This document shows, in pieces, positions 45,827 through 55,101 of a stretch of DNA of 64,000 nt. The translations under genes and the position numbers were made by a program. The notes under the pieces were generated by a model. It searched no databases. It was not told the DNA's origin and saw only the letters and a list, made by a program, of their open reading frames with translations. The stretch is from the IMG/VR virus record IMGVR_UViG_3300025853_000059. One strand, written 5' to 3'. Position 1 is the stretch's first letter, and each line of letters starts with the position of its first letter. The DNA comes from an uncultured virus (IMG/VR IMGVR_UViG_3300025853_000059) (lineage: Duplodnaviria; Heunggongvirae; Uroviricota; Caudoviricetes).

Positions 45827-48800
45827 AATCCTAATTCTTTTAACTGTCTAATAGTGTTTGATGCTGAGGTATGTAAAATCCCAATACCGCCTTGTGAGCG
45901 CCATTCATCAATATTTGAAGGACGATCATCAATTAAGATACGATTTTTACGAGCATAGTTTTGTTTATCTTTAGCTTGAGCCAAAATTAATTTAGTTCCT
46001 GGTAGTTGGTTTCTAACCCATAAACGTTTTCCTAAACGTGAAGTATTTGATCTTGAGGGTGATGATAATAAAATAGGATTGTATTCTTTAATATAATCCC
46101 AATATTGTTTACCATCAGGCATCCAAGGCATCCCTACCCAGAAACCTACACCTTTACCATCTACTAATTCCCAAAATCCATCTTTACCCATATTGCGCTC
46201 ATATTCTGAAGGACGAATGCCATCAGAAGCTTTCATAAATTGAGCATCAAAATCAGTAATAACCCCGTCCATATCGGAGTAAATCTCGTATTCCATTTCT
46301 TCTAGTTCTTCGAATAATGGTAAAGATAAGGCCTTATTTCTGCTTCTCCAAACTTTTAATATATTTTCTCTTTCCTCATCATTAATGGGTTGAGTATCAA
46401 GATAATTATTAATTACATCTTTAAATGGAGTTCTAGATTTTTTAGCTTTATAATACAGACCTTGAAGCATAGCATCTATTTCTTTAGGTAATCTAAAGTA
46501 ATCTGCTTTAGGCAATAAATCAAGATCAATTAAATCTCTAATTGTTTGATCATCATCCATTTGCTTACCAGGTCTATTTAATCTTGGATCTTTAGGATCT
46601 ATTACAACACCTTTAACGTTTTCTCCATCTTGGGTTAAATGTTCAAGCTCGTGTCTTACAACATCTTTAATATCAAAAGATACTTTTTGCCAATCTGGGT
46701 TTTTAGGGATTTTAAATTTAACTGCGAGCATTGGAGTAATTTCTTCTCCTTCATCATCAAATCCAGCATTTGCCCCCCCATCTACCATGTATTCATCATC
46801 AGTAATTTTAACTGTACCTGCTAGATCAAAGTAAAAATCTTCAGATGGGATATCGTGTTCTTCATCTGGGTGGTCTACTCTAAATTCAAATTCACCTTCT
46901 TTATCTCCTCTATCGTGAATGTCTTTAAACATTTCAAATACGATTCGAGACAATTTATTTACAAAAGCATCGTAACGACCTTCATTTAATAAACTAGGTA
47001 GATTACGTTTTTTAGCTACTTCTTGCCATTTATTTTTAACATAGTTTACATCAGCTGGGTTGGTGATTTTAAGGAAATCCTTAATATATTCATCAGCTAT
47101 CTCGTCATAAGGACGTCTCCACTTTTTAGCTTTAAGATATAAACCTTGAACGTTTGATTCGATTTCTTTAGGTAGAGTAACATATGCTACTAAATCACTT
47201 CCTCCTTTTTGAATTAATTTTCTTAATTCTTGGTCAGAAGCCATTCCTTTACCAGGTTTAACATTTTTACCACCTTGGGTTTGATGTTCAATTTCATGTC
47301 GAATAGTAGAAATTAAATCCATATAAACTTCTTCCCAAATTTGAGGGATAGAATCTTTTGGAATTTCATATTTAACTCCTACTTCACCATCTGATCTTGA
47401 ATAACCGTTGTGCTTGTAAGGACCATCTACAAATCGACCTAATGCTTTAAATGTAAATGTTAAATCCGTTGGATATTCTTCAGGAGTAATTTCACCCACA
47501 AAATATCCATAGCTTGCTCCATCTTTGAAATCGCTTTTCCAAGAATTAAGAGCAATTGAAGCTAATTGTCTTGAAATACTATCGTAACGACCTTCATTTA
47601 ATGATTCTTCTAAACCCTGAGCTAATTCACGAGCATATTGATTTAAACCAAATGGATCTTTCTTTTTCTTTTCCTGTAGACTATCAGTCCAGTTTCTGAA
47701 TGAGATGTTACCATTTAGATATGCTTCTTTTTCGATATCCTCTAAATTAGAATCTTCAGTTGTATCTGTTGTTGTAATATTACCTAAACGATCCTCAAGA
47801 TTTTGCACATGATGAATCATCTCGTGAGCAAATGAACGAACAATATCTTTAGGATGACGACCTTCAGTATATAAAACAATTTTTTGTTCGTTTGGATCGT
47901 AATATGCTGTTTTACCAAAGAAATCTCTAGCATTTTCAGTATCACCGTTAACAAATTCAATCGAAGGTAAAGGATCAATCTTGTATCCTTTTTCACGCAT
48001 GTGGTTTGTTAAGGCAGCACATTTTTCTATAATGTCAATGTCTTTAGAATAAGTAGCATTTTCATTTAATTTAGGTAAGATAATTCTTGTTTCTTGACCT
48101 TCATGAACTACTTTAATCCCAGGCATTTCTCTCTGGAAGAATTTAATGTTTAGTTTGTCTCTTTGACTATCAACTTTAGTATTATTTTTACCCTTAGTTG
48201 CTTTCCATTTTACAACTTCAAGATTAGGATTACTTACATAATACTCTTTAATAATTTCAGTTACGGTAGAGATAACTTTAAGGGGTTCACCTTCGTTAGT
48301 AGGTTTAACCCAAGATTTTTGACCTTCTTTAATAGCACCATATTCAATTTTTACTTCAGTTTTAGGTTTTCTAACTAAATCTACTAAATATTCGGTACCC
48401 TGGTTTGTTGTAAAAGTATATCTTGTAGTATTATCTTCATTTTCTAAAAATAATACCTTAAACTTATATGGCTCTAATCTTTCATTTAGGAATGCGGTTG
48501 GGATTACTAACCCATGTAGTTTAATAGCTTTAAGCAAGAGCAATACTAATGAACCTGCTGGGAGAGCAAATATAGCTGTTCCTAAAACAGCTTTAAGAGC
48601 ATCTTTTAATTGCAACTTAATAAATGCTTTATCATCATCTGTTAGATCAATTTCACCTTTAGCGGCTTTAACTAACATAACAAGTGCTTTTTTAGCATCT
48701 CCACCTTGTTGTTTTACAGCAAATATTAAATCTTTAAATTTAGCTTTAATATCAGAAGCAGAAGGTAAAAGTGTTTCATTTACCATAGGTTTTACAATAT

Positions 48801-49305
48801 CGTAAACCTCTTGTTTTTCTTCATCTGTTAATTCTGAGGGTAGGTATTTGTAAAATTCTTCAGCAGATACTTTAGCGGCTTTACGAGCATTAGTACCACT
48901 CATACCTCCTCCAGGTGTTTGAATAATTTTAATCTCCATATTAGGGTATTTTTCTTCAACCCCCTTAGTACGTGATTCAATATCTTTTAGATCCCCTTCA
49001 TTTTTTTCACGAGCTCCAATTACAAAGTAAACTTTGTCTTGTGGATTATTTTTACCTAAACGGATAATATCCCCAATAGGGGCTTTTGAGGGTTCAATTT
49101 TAACCTTCATTGGAAGGTATGATTGATAAATTTCCCAAATTAAAACAGCTTCAGCTTGAGTAATACCATCACGTTCACCACCACCTACATAAATTGTAAG
49201 TTCCTCTATTTCAGGGAATTGTTCTAAAGCACGTTTTACTACTTCAAAATGACCTGCTGTGGGTGGTTTGAATCCACCTCCGTATGCTGCGATTGTTTTA
49301 GCCAT
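45823..49305 (-). CDS. Multidomain polyprotein: HIGH-type nucleotidyltransferase, three HExxH zincin-like domains, HAD nucleotidase
   Basis: GGFKPPTAGH and MSGT..R; AHEMIH, RHEIEH, RHELEH; YSDMDGV...LSSP...LIDDR. Confidence 0.8.
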   Translation of the reverse strand: MAKTIAAYGGGFKPPTAGHFEVVKRALEQFPEIEELTIYVGGGERDGITQAEAVLIWEIYQSYLPMKVKIEPSKAPIGDIIRLGKNNPQDKVYFVIGAREKNEGDLKDIESRTKGVEEKYPNMEIKIIQTPGGGMSGTNARKAAKVSAEEFYKYLPSELTDEEKQEVYDIVKPMVNETLLPSASDIKAKFKDLIFAVKQQGGDAKKALVMLVKAAKGEIDLTDDDKAFIKLQLKDALKAVLGTAIFALPAGSLVLLLLKAIKLHGLVIPTAFLNERLEPYKFKVLFLENEDNTTRYTFTTNQGTEYLVDLVRKPKTEVKIEYGAIKEGQKSWVKPTNEGEPLKVISTVTEIIKEYYVSNPNLEVVKWKATKGKNNTKVDSQRDKLNIKFFQREMPGIKVVHEGQETRIILPKLNENATYSKDIDIIEKCAALTNHMREKGYKIDPLPSIEFVNGDTENARDFFGKTAYYDPNEQKIVLYTEGRHPKDIVRSFAHEMIHHVQNLEDRLGNITTTDTTEDSNLEDIEKEAYLNGNISFRNWTDSLQEKKKKDPFGLNQYARELAQGLEESLNEGRYDSISRQLASIALNSWKSDFKDGASYGYFVGEITPEEYPTDLTFTFKALGRFVDGPYKHNGYSRSDGEVGVKYEIPKDSIPQIWEEVYMDLISTIRHEIEHQTQGGKNVKPGKGMASDQELRKLIQKGGSDLVAYVTLPKEIESNVQGLYLKAKKWRRPYDEIADEYIKDFLKITNPADVNYVKNKWQEVAKKRNLPSLLNEGRYDAFVNKLSRIVFEMFKDIHDRGDKEGEFEFRVDHPDEEHDIPSEDFYFDLAGTVKITDDEYMVDGGANAGFDDEGEEITPMLAVKFKIPKNPDWQKVSFDIKDVVRHELEHLTQDGENVKGVVIDPKDPRLNRPGKQMDDDQTIRDLIDLDLLPKADYFRLPKEIDAMLQGLYYKAKKSRTPFKDVINNYLDTQPINDEERENILKVWRSRNKALSLPLFEELEEMEYEIYSDMDGVITDFDAQFMKASDGIRPSEYERNMGKDGFWELVDGKGVGFWVGMPWMPDGKQYWDYIKEYNPILLSSPSRSNTSRLGKRLWVRNQLPGTKLILAQAKDKQNYARKNRILIDDRPSNIDEWRSQGGIGILHTSASNTIRQLKELGL

Positions 49306-50101
49306 TTACAAATGATGTTATCTTTGATTGTGCCTCTTCTTTAGACACTGAATTATCAATAATATTTTGGACTTTATCTGAATTTAAGAAATCTTGGATT
49401 TCTTTATTTAATTCTTCAGATTGTTTTTTAGATCTAGCTATTTCCTTATCAGTTTTAGGTTTAGCATCTGTTGGTTTAAATGGATCGATGTAGGTTTTTA
49501 GAATTTTTTCTACATCTTTCATTGTTTCATCTTTACCTAAGTTTGAAACAGATACAAAATTATTACCAAACATTTGTTGGTAAGTTTCAAAATTTTTAGC
49601 TACATCAATCCAAGTTCTGTATACAGCGCTTGGCATTAAACTTCTATCTTCACCACCACTCTTCTCGAACCTACGTTCGTTGCGTTTTAGAGACGTTTCA
49701 AGATGCGTATAAACATATAACATCATTATATCATAGCCAGCTTCCTTTAATTGGTCAACTAATAATTGAGTTTGTTTAGCTGATGCAGCCGTGCCATCTA
49801 AGATAAATGAATCTTTATTAGCGATTGCTGTAGGGATTTGTTCTCCTTTAAGTTTTTTAGTTGCTGCAGCCATTGCCTTCATAAAAGCACTTCTGTTTTC
49901 AGCATCTGTATCTTTTTGATTTAGTGAAAATTTTTCGGCTTTTGCTAAAGCTAAAATAGTATCATCTAAATTGAATATTTTTAACCCCGATAAATCTAAA
50001 TCCCCCAAGATAGAACCCTTACCAGCACCAGGGGCGCCAGCAAGGATTATAGCTTTTGGGTTACCTTGAACTTCCTTTAAAAGTCGTGTCAGTGAAATCA
50101 T
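49298..50101 (-). CDS. Zeta-toxin/AAA_33-like P-loop kinase with MISLTRLLKE leader
   Basis: LAGAPGAGKG, ILDGT, MLYV..LETSLKRN..R; ATG 50101; ATATTTATA at 50115-50123. Confidence 0.75.
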   Translation of the reverse strand: MISLTRLLKEVQGNPKAIILAGAPGAGKGSILGDLDLSGLKIFNLDDTILALAKAEKFSLNQKDTDAENRSAFMKAMAAATKKLKGEQIPTAIANKDSFILDGTAASAKQTQLLVDQLKEAGYDIMMLYVYTHLETSLKRNERRFEKSGGEDRSLMPSAVYRTWIDVAKNFETYQQMFGNNFVSVSNLGKDETMKDVEKILKTYIDPFKPTDAKPKTDKEIARSKKQSEELNKEIQDFLNSDKVQNIIDNSVSKEEAQSKITSFVNG

Positions 50102-50122
50102 CAATGTGTTTTAATATAAATA

Positions 50123-50896
50123 TCACAACTTTCGTTTCACTTGCGTTTTAAATTGGGTAAAAATAGGTTTATGGGTTGGGTTTTCTAAATCAAACAATTT
50201 TTTAACTGTTTTAAAAATATCAAGATTTTCTTCTTGTGAACGAGATGACTCATACATTTCCCATCCTTTACCTTGCATTTTACCACTTGCACCCTTACGT
50301 TTGTTAGATTTTAACCAAAGGATACCATAGCGGTTTGCTTCTTTACCATAACATTCTTTATACATTTGACCATAAACAGCTGCCTGTAAATCATATGTTG
50401 TTTGTAGATTATTAGATGTTTTAAAGTCGATAATCCAAAGTTCACCATCAATCTCACAAACCATATCACAAGTACCTGCTACTTTAAGTTCATCTGAAAA
50501 TAGGTGTACTTCAGTTTCGATTAGTATAGGATTGTATTCTTCCCACCATTCAACAAAACGTAAAAACATTTGCCAAACATCTGGATGATATAAGGGGCGA
50601 CCATGAGGACCTAAGAAGTTTAATTCTTCCCCGTTTAAATACGCTTCAATCATTTCATGAACTTGTGTACCTTCTTCCCCTGCTTTTTTAACAATATATT
50701 CAGATGAATAACCTACTTTTTTTAGCCAGTCTTCAAAATACTTACCTTTAGGGTAAGTTCCTAAAACATAAGTTACTGAGGGGTAATATTCGCCATTTCG
50801 TCTATAATAGCGCGAATCAGGCATTGTAATTTGCTTGGCATCTTCAGAAATTTCTAAGATACGATCGTAAGACTTTTTAATGTTTCTCTTACTCAT
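50123..50896 (-). CDS. PD-(D/E)xK exonuclease (RecB/Cas4-like)
   Basis: YPSVT, GTQVH, E...AGTCD...IIDFKTS, LQ..VY. Confidence 0.88.
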   Translation of the reverse strand: MSKRNIKKSYDRILEISEDAKQITMPDSRYYRRNGEYYPSVTYVLGTYPKGKYFEDWLKKVGYSSEYIVKKAGEEGTQVHEMIEAYLNGEELNFLGPHGRPLYHPDVWQMFLRFVEWWEEYNPILIETEVHLFSDELKVAGTCDMVCEIDGELWIIDFKTSNNLQTTYDLQAAVYGQMYKECYGKEANRYGILWLKSNKRKGASGKMQGKGWEMYESSRSQEENLDIFKTVKKLFDLENPTHKPIFTQFKTQVKRKL

Positions 50897-51819
50897 AGTA
50901 GTTGTAGCTTCCTTTCCATCAAACCATATTGATCTATTGGAAACGTTTTTTGAATTAGTTTTGTGAAATTTTCAAATCCCATTTCACTCGGGTCTTTCCC
51001 ATCTAAGTCCATAAAATAGACTTCCTTACCTTGATTTATAAAATATTCAGCAAACTTGAGGGCTTGCTTTTGGGCGTCTGTATCTAAAGCTATATAGATT
51101 TTTTCAACTTCAGATGTGACGATTTTTTTCATTAAATTTTGTTGTATATTTTTGCCTAATAGCGGGATAGCATTTCTTTTAATGGCTATGGCATCAAATG
51201 GTCCTTCGCACAATATAAGCGGTATACTCCAGTTTATAAACAATTCAAATGGTACAATGTCACGTGATGTTTCTGGGTTGCGATATTTTACATAAGGATC
51301 CTTTTCAAATGAACGACCTGTAAAATAGTTTAATTTTCCTGTTTCATCATAAGATGGAATAATAACCATTTTAGCATATCGACCTGATTCGCAATAACCA
51401 ATATTATATTTTTCAATATCATCTCTTGTAATGCCTCTATTTTTAAGATAAGCAAAAGCATGACGTGCTACAATATCACGACTACCTATAATTGGTTTAA
51501 ATTCTTCGGGAAGTTTTAGTTCTGTAGAAGTAGTTACTTGTTTGTATTCAACTTCTGAACCTATAAGTTTGGTTAATTCTTCAAATTTTTCAGATGATGC
51601 TCCTACTTTTTTAAAGATTTGAGATATACGACTACCTTTTTTATCACAAGCCCAACAATGCCAAGGATTATATCCTTTTTTATGCTGGGTGAAATTGACT
51701 TCTAGTTTAGGTTTATGGTGGTTGCAGTAAGGACAGTGATAAGCTTTATTGCCCCTCGCTGTTCTTTTCCCTGCACCTAAGACAGAATCAACTAGATTAA
51801 CAAGTAGTTCATTTACCAT
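50893..51819 (-). CDS. DNA primase (Zn finger + TOPRIM)
   Basis: CPYCNH...HCWAC; FTGRS; CEGPFD; LDTD. Confidence 0.9.
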   Translation of the reverse strand: MVNELLVNLVDSVLGAGKRTARGNKAYHCPYCNHHKPKLEVNFTQHKKGYNPWHCWACDKKGSRISQIFKKVGASSEKFEELTKLIGSEVEYKQVTTSTELKLPEEFKPIIGSRDIVARHAFAYLKNRGITRDDIEKYNIGYCESGRYAKMVIIPSYDETGKLNYFTGRSFEKDPYVKYRNPETSRDIVPFELFINWSIPLILCEGPFDAIAIKRNAIPLLGKNIQQNLMKKIVTSEVEKIYIALDTDAQKQALKFAEYFINQGKEVYFMDLDGKDPSEMGFENFTKLIQKTFPIDQYGLMERKLQLL

Positions 51820-51824
51820 AGAGG

Positions 51825-51855
51825 GTAATATACGAAACCATTTTTAGACATCAAA
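51825..51855 (-). promoter_or_regulatory. Host-type promoter TTTG-N19-TATATTAC upstream of primase
   Basis: TTCGTATATT motif plus TTTG at correct spacing. Confidence 0.55.
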
Positions 51856-52293
51856 GTCACGTGTAAAAAACTTTCCAAGAATGTTATCATTAAAGAATTC
51901 ATCTGGTTTTTCTAGTACTTGGTATACCATTTGGTATTTTACTTCATAATAAGTTAATAACTTTTTTGTAGGGGCACAAATTATAATATGACGTTCAAAA
52001 TTTTCTTTTGGTTCGGTCTCGTATAATTCTTTTAGGTATTTGTTAGAGCCCCAATATGATTTCCAATTTGATTCTTTAACTGCGAGTTTGTAAGCAGGTC
52101 TTCTACCTACTACACCTTCATATTCAGCTAATTCTTTTTTGGTTAATTTTACTTTAGTTGTGTTTTGGAGTATTTTTTTTCCAATATAAGCTTTGCCAGT
52201 TGGTTTGTGAACTATTCTATAAACAAAGCCATAAGTTTCATCAGGAAAGTCAGAGACTCCCTTCATTTCTTCATTTTGATAAATCCAGTTCAT
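51844..52293 (-). CDS. GIY-YIG-family protein
   Basis: GFVYRI...KAYIGKK, YWGSN, FFNDNI; ATG at 52293 preferred. Confidence 0.75.
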   Translation of the reverse strand: MNWIYQNEEMKGVSDFPDETYGFVYRIVHKPTGKAYIGKKILQNTTKVKLTKKELAEYEGVVGRRPAYKLAVKESNWKSYWGSNKYLKELYETEPKENFERHIIICAPTKKLLTYYEVKYQMVYQVLEKPDEFFNDNILGKFFTRDFDV

Positions 52294-52303
52294 GATTGTT
52301 TTT

Positions 52304-53320
52304 TTAAGTGTCGAAATTAACAATTAAAGTAGTATCTACATACCTAGAAATTGGTACGGGAAATGAAAGTTTTCCTACTACTAATAATTGATTATTTTCA
52401 TCGTACAAGCCGATGGTTGTTACATATGGATTAAATTCTGATCCTGTTGCAAAATCATAATAAACATCATCAGCACTGCCTGAGAGTAAAGTTGGGTTAA
52501 GAGAGAAATCAAATTCATTATTTCTAATACCACACTTATATTGATGTTCGTATAATCTAAATGAGGATGAAAAATTAACTGTAAAATTAGCTAAATTAGC
52601 AACAGATTCACTTACTTCACCACCCATTGTAATAAGGGAACTAGTAGTAAATGTTGCTATACCATGAGAATAAAATACTTGACCTACAATACTCCCAGAA
52701 TTAAGACCGGTTAGTGACCCATAACTTCCAGCTCCATAAGCTCCTGCCCCATAAGCAGCTATAGAACCTGATGTTGATAATACTTTAAGATTACCTTCCC
52801 CATCATCAATAACTTTAGCAGCTAATCCTAAAGAGTTAGTATATTCTACCTCAAATGTATAAGGAACAATATTTTCACCAAATAATTTAGCAGGTACAGA
52901 AACTACGGAGATTTTATCCCCTGATCCTGTTGGAAAATATCTTGATTGGGTTAGAGTTGATTGAAGATAATTTTCATATCTAGGAGCTTCAATAGCACCT
53001 ACATACCTAAGGTCTTCAGGAGTAGCACCTGCTATAATACTTCGTGTAGGAACTGTATCTCCTAAACTTGAGGTTAAATAGTTTGAATAATATAATTGTT
53101 TAATACTAGAGTAAATACCCGTAGTATTTTGTATAAAAACTAATCCTGTAGGTTGTTCAGACTGGGATATAAAAACTGATGATGTTGGTTTTATTCCCTG
53201 ATAGACTTCAATTCCAACGGTAGAACCAGTTATCTCATTACCACTAAAAGAAAATCCTTTAATAGCATCAAATGGTGTTATAGCAACATCCTTCGTTGTA
53301 AATTGTTTGAACGCACTCAT
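52304..53320 (-). CDS. Baseplate/tail structural protein
   Basis: C-terminal PYVTTIGLYDENNQLLVVGKLS paralogous to next gene. Confidence 0.65.
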   Translation of the reverse strand: MSAFKQFTTKDVAITPFDAIKGFSFSGNEITGSTVGIEVYQGIKPTSSVFISQSEQPTGLVFIQNTTGIYSSIKQLYYSNYLTSSLGDTVPTRSIIAGATPEDLRYVGAIEAPRYENYLQSTLTQSRYFPTGSGDKISVVSVPAKLFGENIVPYTFEVEYTNSLGLAAKVIDDGEGNLKVLSTSGSIAAYGAGAYGAGSYGSLTGLNSGSIVGQVFYSHGIATFTTSSLITMGGEVSESVANLANFTVNFSSSFRLYEHQYKCGIRNNEFDFSLNPTLLSGSADDVYYDFATGSEFNPYVTTIGLYDENNQLLVVGKLSFPVPISRYVDTTLIVNFDT

Positions 53321-53325
53321 TCATT

Positions 53326-54354
53326 TTAGAAGTCTAGCTTAACTCTCACAAGTAGCTCTTTTGTAAAATCTTTTGGTAAAGGTCTTGACAACTTCGCTAC
53401 AGCTAAGAGTTCGTTATTATCGTTGTAAAGTCCTACTGTGGTAATATAGGTTTTAGGGTTATCAATAAATGAATTAAATAATACTTCACCAGTAGAACCC
53501 GAAATAAATGATGGGTTTTCTGAATAGTTAAATTCACTGTTTCTAGCTCTAACGAAAATAAAATCAGATGAAAGTGTTTCTTCTGAGTTTAGAGTAAATC
53601 CGGATCCGGCAGCTCCAGCAATATTTAAAGAGTTTACAATTTTAGCTTGGTTAAATGATCCTGAATCAAATGAACGTGTTGTTGGAAGTGAAATACCACC
53701 TACAGACATAGATCCACTTAAAGCTTCACCATTTAATAAAATTACTCCAATATCAGGTAACACCCAACCATATGAACCTGAATCAGCCCAACCATTAGCA
53801 TTTGAACCTGTGTAAACTGTTCCAGCTGAGCCTGAAACTAGGTTATATTTTCTACCGGCATCAGTATAGGTTACTGAAGAAGCAACAACACTATCATCTG
53901 TTAATTTAACAATACCTCCTGAACCTGAAAGATGGAGAGTCATTGTACCAGGGAATAATTTTTCTTTATATCTTGCTCTTTCTACGTTGATAGCATAAAA
54001 ATAAGATGCAGAATAGTTACCAAAGATGAAGCTTGCGTTTTCATCTCCTAAAATCAAAGTACGATATTGACCATAGTTTGATTTAGTAGGTGTTGAACCT
54101 GTTACTAAAGCATTGTAAAATGTACTACCACTACCATCAGCATCACAATATGCAATGTTAAATTGTACAGCAGCTGTTGAATCAGTAGATGCAGTTTGGT
54201 AAACTGAAAAGAAAAATTCTGAGGTGCTGCTAACTACTTGAGTTGATGAAGTATAAAAAGAAGTTAGTGTTGGAGTATTATTGCTCCATATAGCAGCGGT
54301 AACAGAATCGTTACTTAGTACTAAATCTTCAGGTTGTAATAATGAAAATCCCAT
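53326..54354 (-). CDS. Baseplate/tail structural protein
   Basis: C-terminal TYITTVGLYNDNNELLAVAKLSRP. Confidence 0.65.
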   Translation of the reverse strand: MGFSLLQPEDLVLSNDSVTAAIWSNNTPTLTSFYTSSTQVVSSTSEFFFSVYQTASTDSTAAVQFNIAYCDADGSGSTFYNALVTGSTPTKSNYGQYRTLILGDENASFIFGNYSASYFYAINVERARYKEKLFPGTMTLHLSGSGGIVKLTDDSVVASSVTYTDAGRKYNLVSGSAGTVYTGSNANGWADSGSYGWVLPDIGVILLNGEALSGSMSVGGISLPTTRSFDSGSFNQAKIVNSLNIAGAAGSGFTLNSEETLSSDFIFVRARNSEFNYSENPSFISGSTGEVLFNSFIDNPKTYITTVGLYNDNNELLAVAKLSRPLPKDFTKELLVRVKLDF

Positions 54355-54374
54355 ATCTTATAGTGTTATATAGC

Positions 54375-55043
54375 TTATGCAGTTGTTGTATTTGTTTTTC
54401 TAATCTCTACTGGGATTTGCAATCTTGCACCACTGTCTCTACCAACAATTGTTAATGTAGCATATAAAGTAGTTTGACTACCAAATAATGTATTAACACC
54501 TGTTGCTCTCATATTCAATGTAGTTCCAATTACTGTTTTAGATACATTGGTACCATTAGTTGAAGTTGAGTTTAATGCTTGAGAAGCTTTAGTATCAATT
54601 CCAGTTCCTTCAAATGTTGAGAATAATCTAATATCAGAAATTGTAAAGGTATAACCTGAACTTTCGGTTGTTTGGTTATTACCCAAGTAATTTAATGTTG
54701 ATGGTGTAATATTTGAAGGAGCATTTTGTTTTAAAATAACACTGCTTCTACCAACATCTAAAACAGGCATTTTAGCTGTACCACGAGGTAATGTAGCTAA
54801 TTTATATTTCATGATTTGGGTTTCATCAGGAAAAGCTTCCATTAAAGGCATGTTTTCAATCGCCTCACCATAGTAAGCAGAACCTGAGGGGTGATTTGGA
54901 TTATACAAGGTATAATCGATTTCATCATCACTTAGAGCAAATTGAGTAATCTTGAAAGAACCATCACCTTTCGAGAGTAATTCTCTTCCCTTTTTAGTAA
55001 GGATGGCATCAATTGTTACTACTTGGTTATTTAAATATCCCAT
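54375..55043 (-). CDS. Baseplate/tail structural protein
   Basis: DAILTKKGRELL...ITQFALSDDEIDY, tail-collar-like N-terminus. Confidence 0.65.
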   Translation of the reverse strand: MGYLNNQVVTIDAILTKKGRELLSKGDGSFKITQFALSDDEIDYTLYNPNHPSGSAYYGEAIENMPLMEAFPDETQIMKYKLATLPRGTAKMPVLDVGRSSVILKQNAPSNITPSTLNYLGNNQTTESSGYTFTISDIRLFSTFEGTGIDTKASQALNSTSTNGTNVSKTVIGTTLNMRATGVNTLFGSQTTLYATLTIVGRDSGARLQIPVEIRKTNTTTA

Positions 55044-55060
55044 TGTTAGATTATTTTATT

Positions 55061-55093
55061 TATAAATATACGTTTTTTTAGTTTCTATCCAAA
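55061..55093 (-). promoter_or_regulatory. Overlapping ATATTTATA and TTTG-N19-TATATTTA promoter motifs
   Basis: Both motifs read directly in the intergenic gap. Confidence 0.55.
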
Positions 55094-55101
55094 TTTAGTT
55101 G

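Noticed and set aside
49298..50101. Zeta/epsilon toxin-antitoxin module
   Set aside because: No recognisable antitoxin upstream; leader and promoter fit the virion-cargo group
50123..50896. Cas4 as part of a CRISPR-Cas system
   Set aside because: No Fe-S cysteine set, no cas1/cas2 or array; ordinary phage exonuclease next to primase
51844..52293. Intron-encoded homing endonuclease
   Set aside because: Free-standing; flanking genes are intact with no intron features
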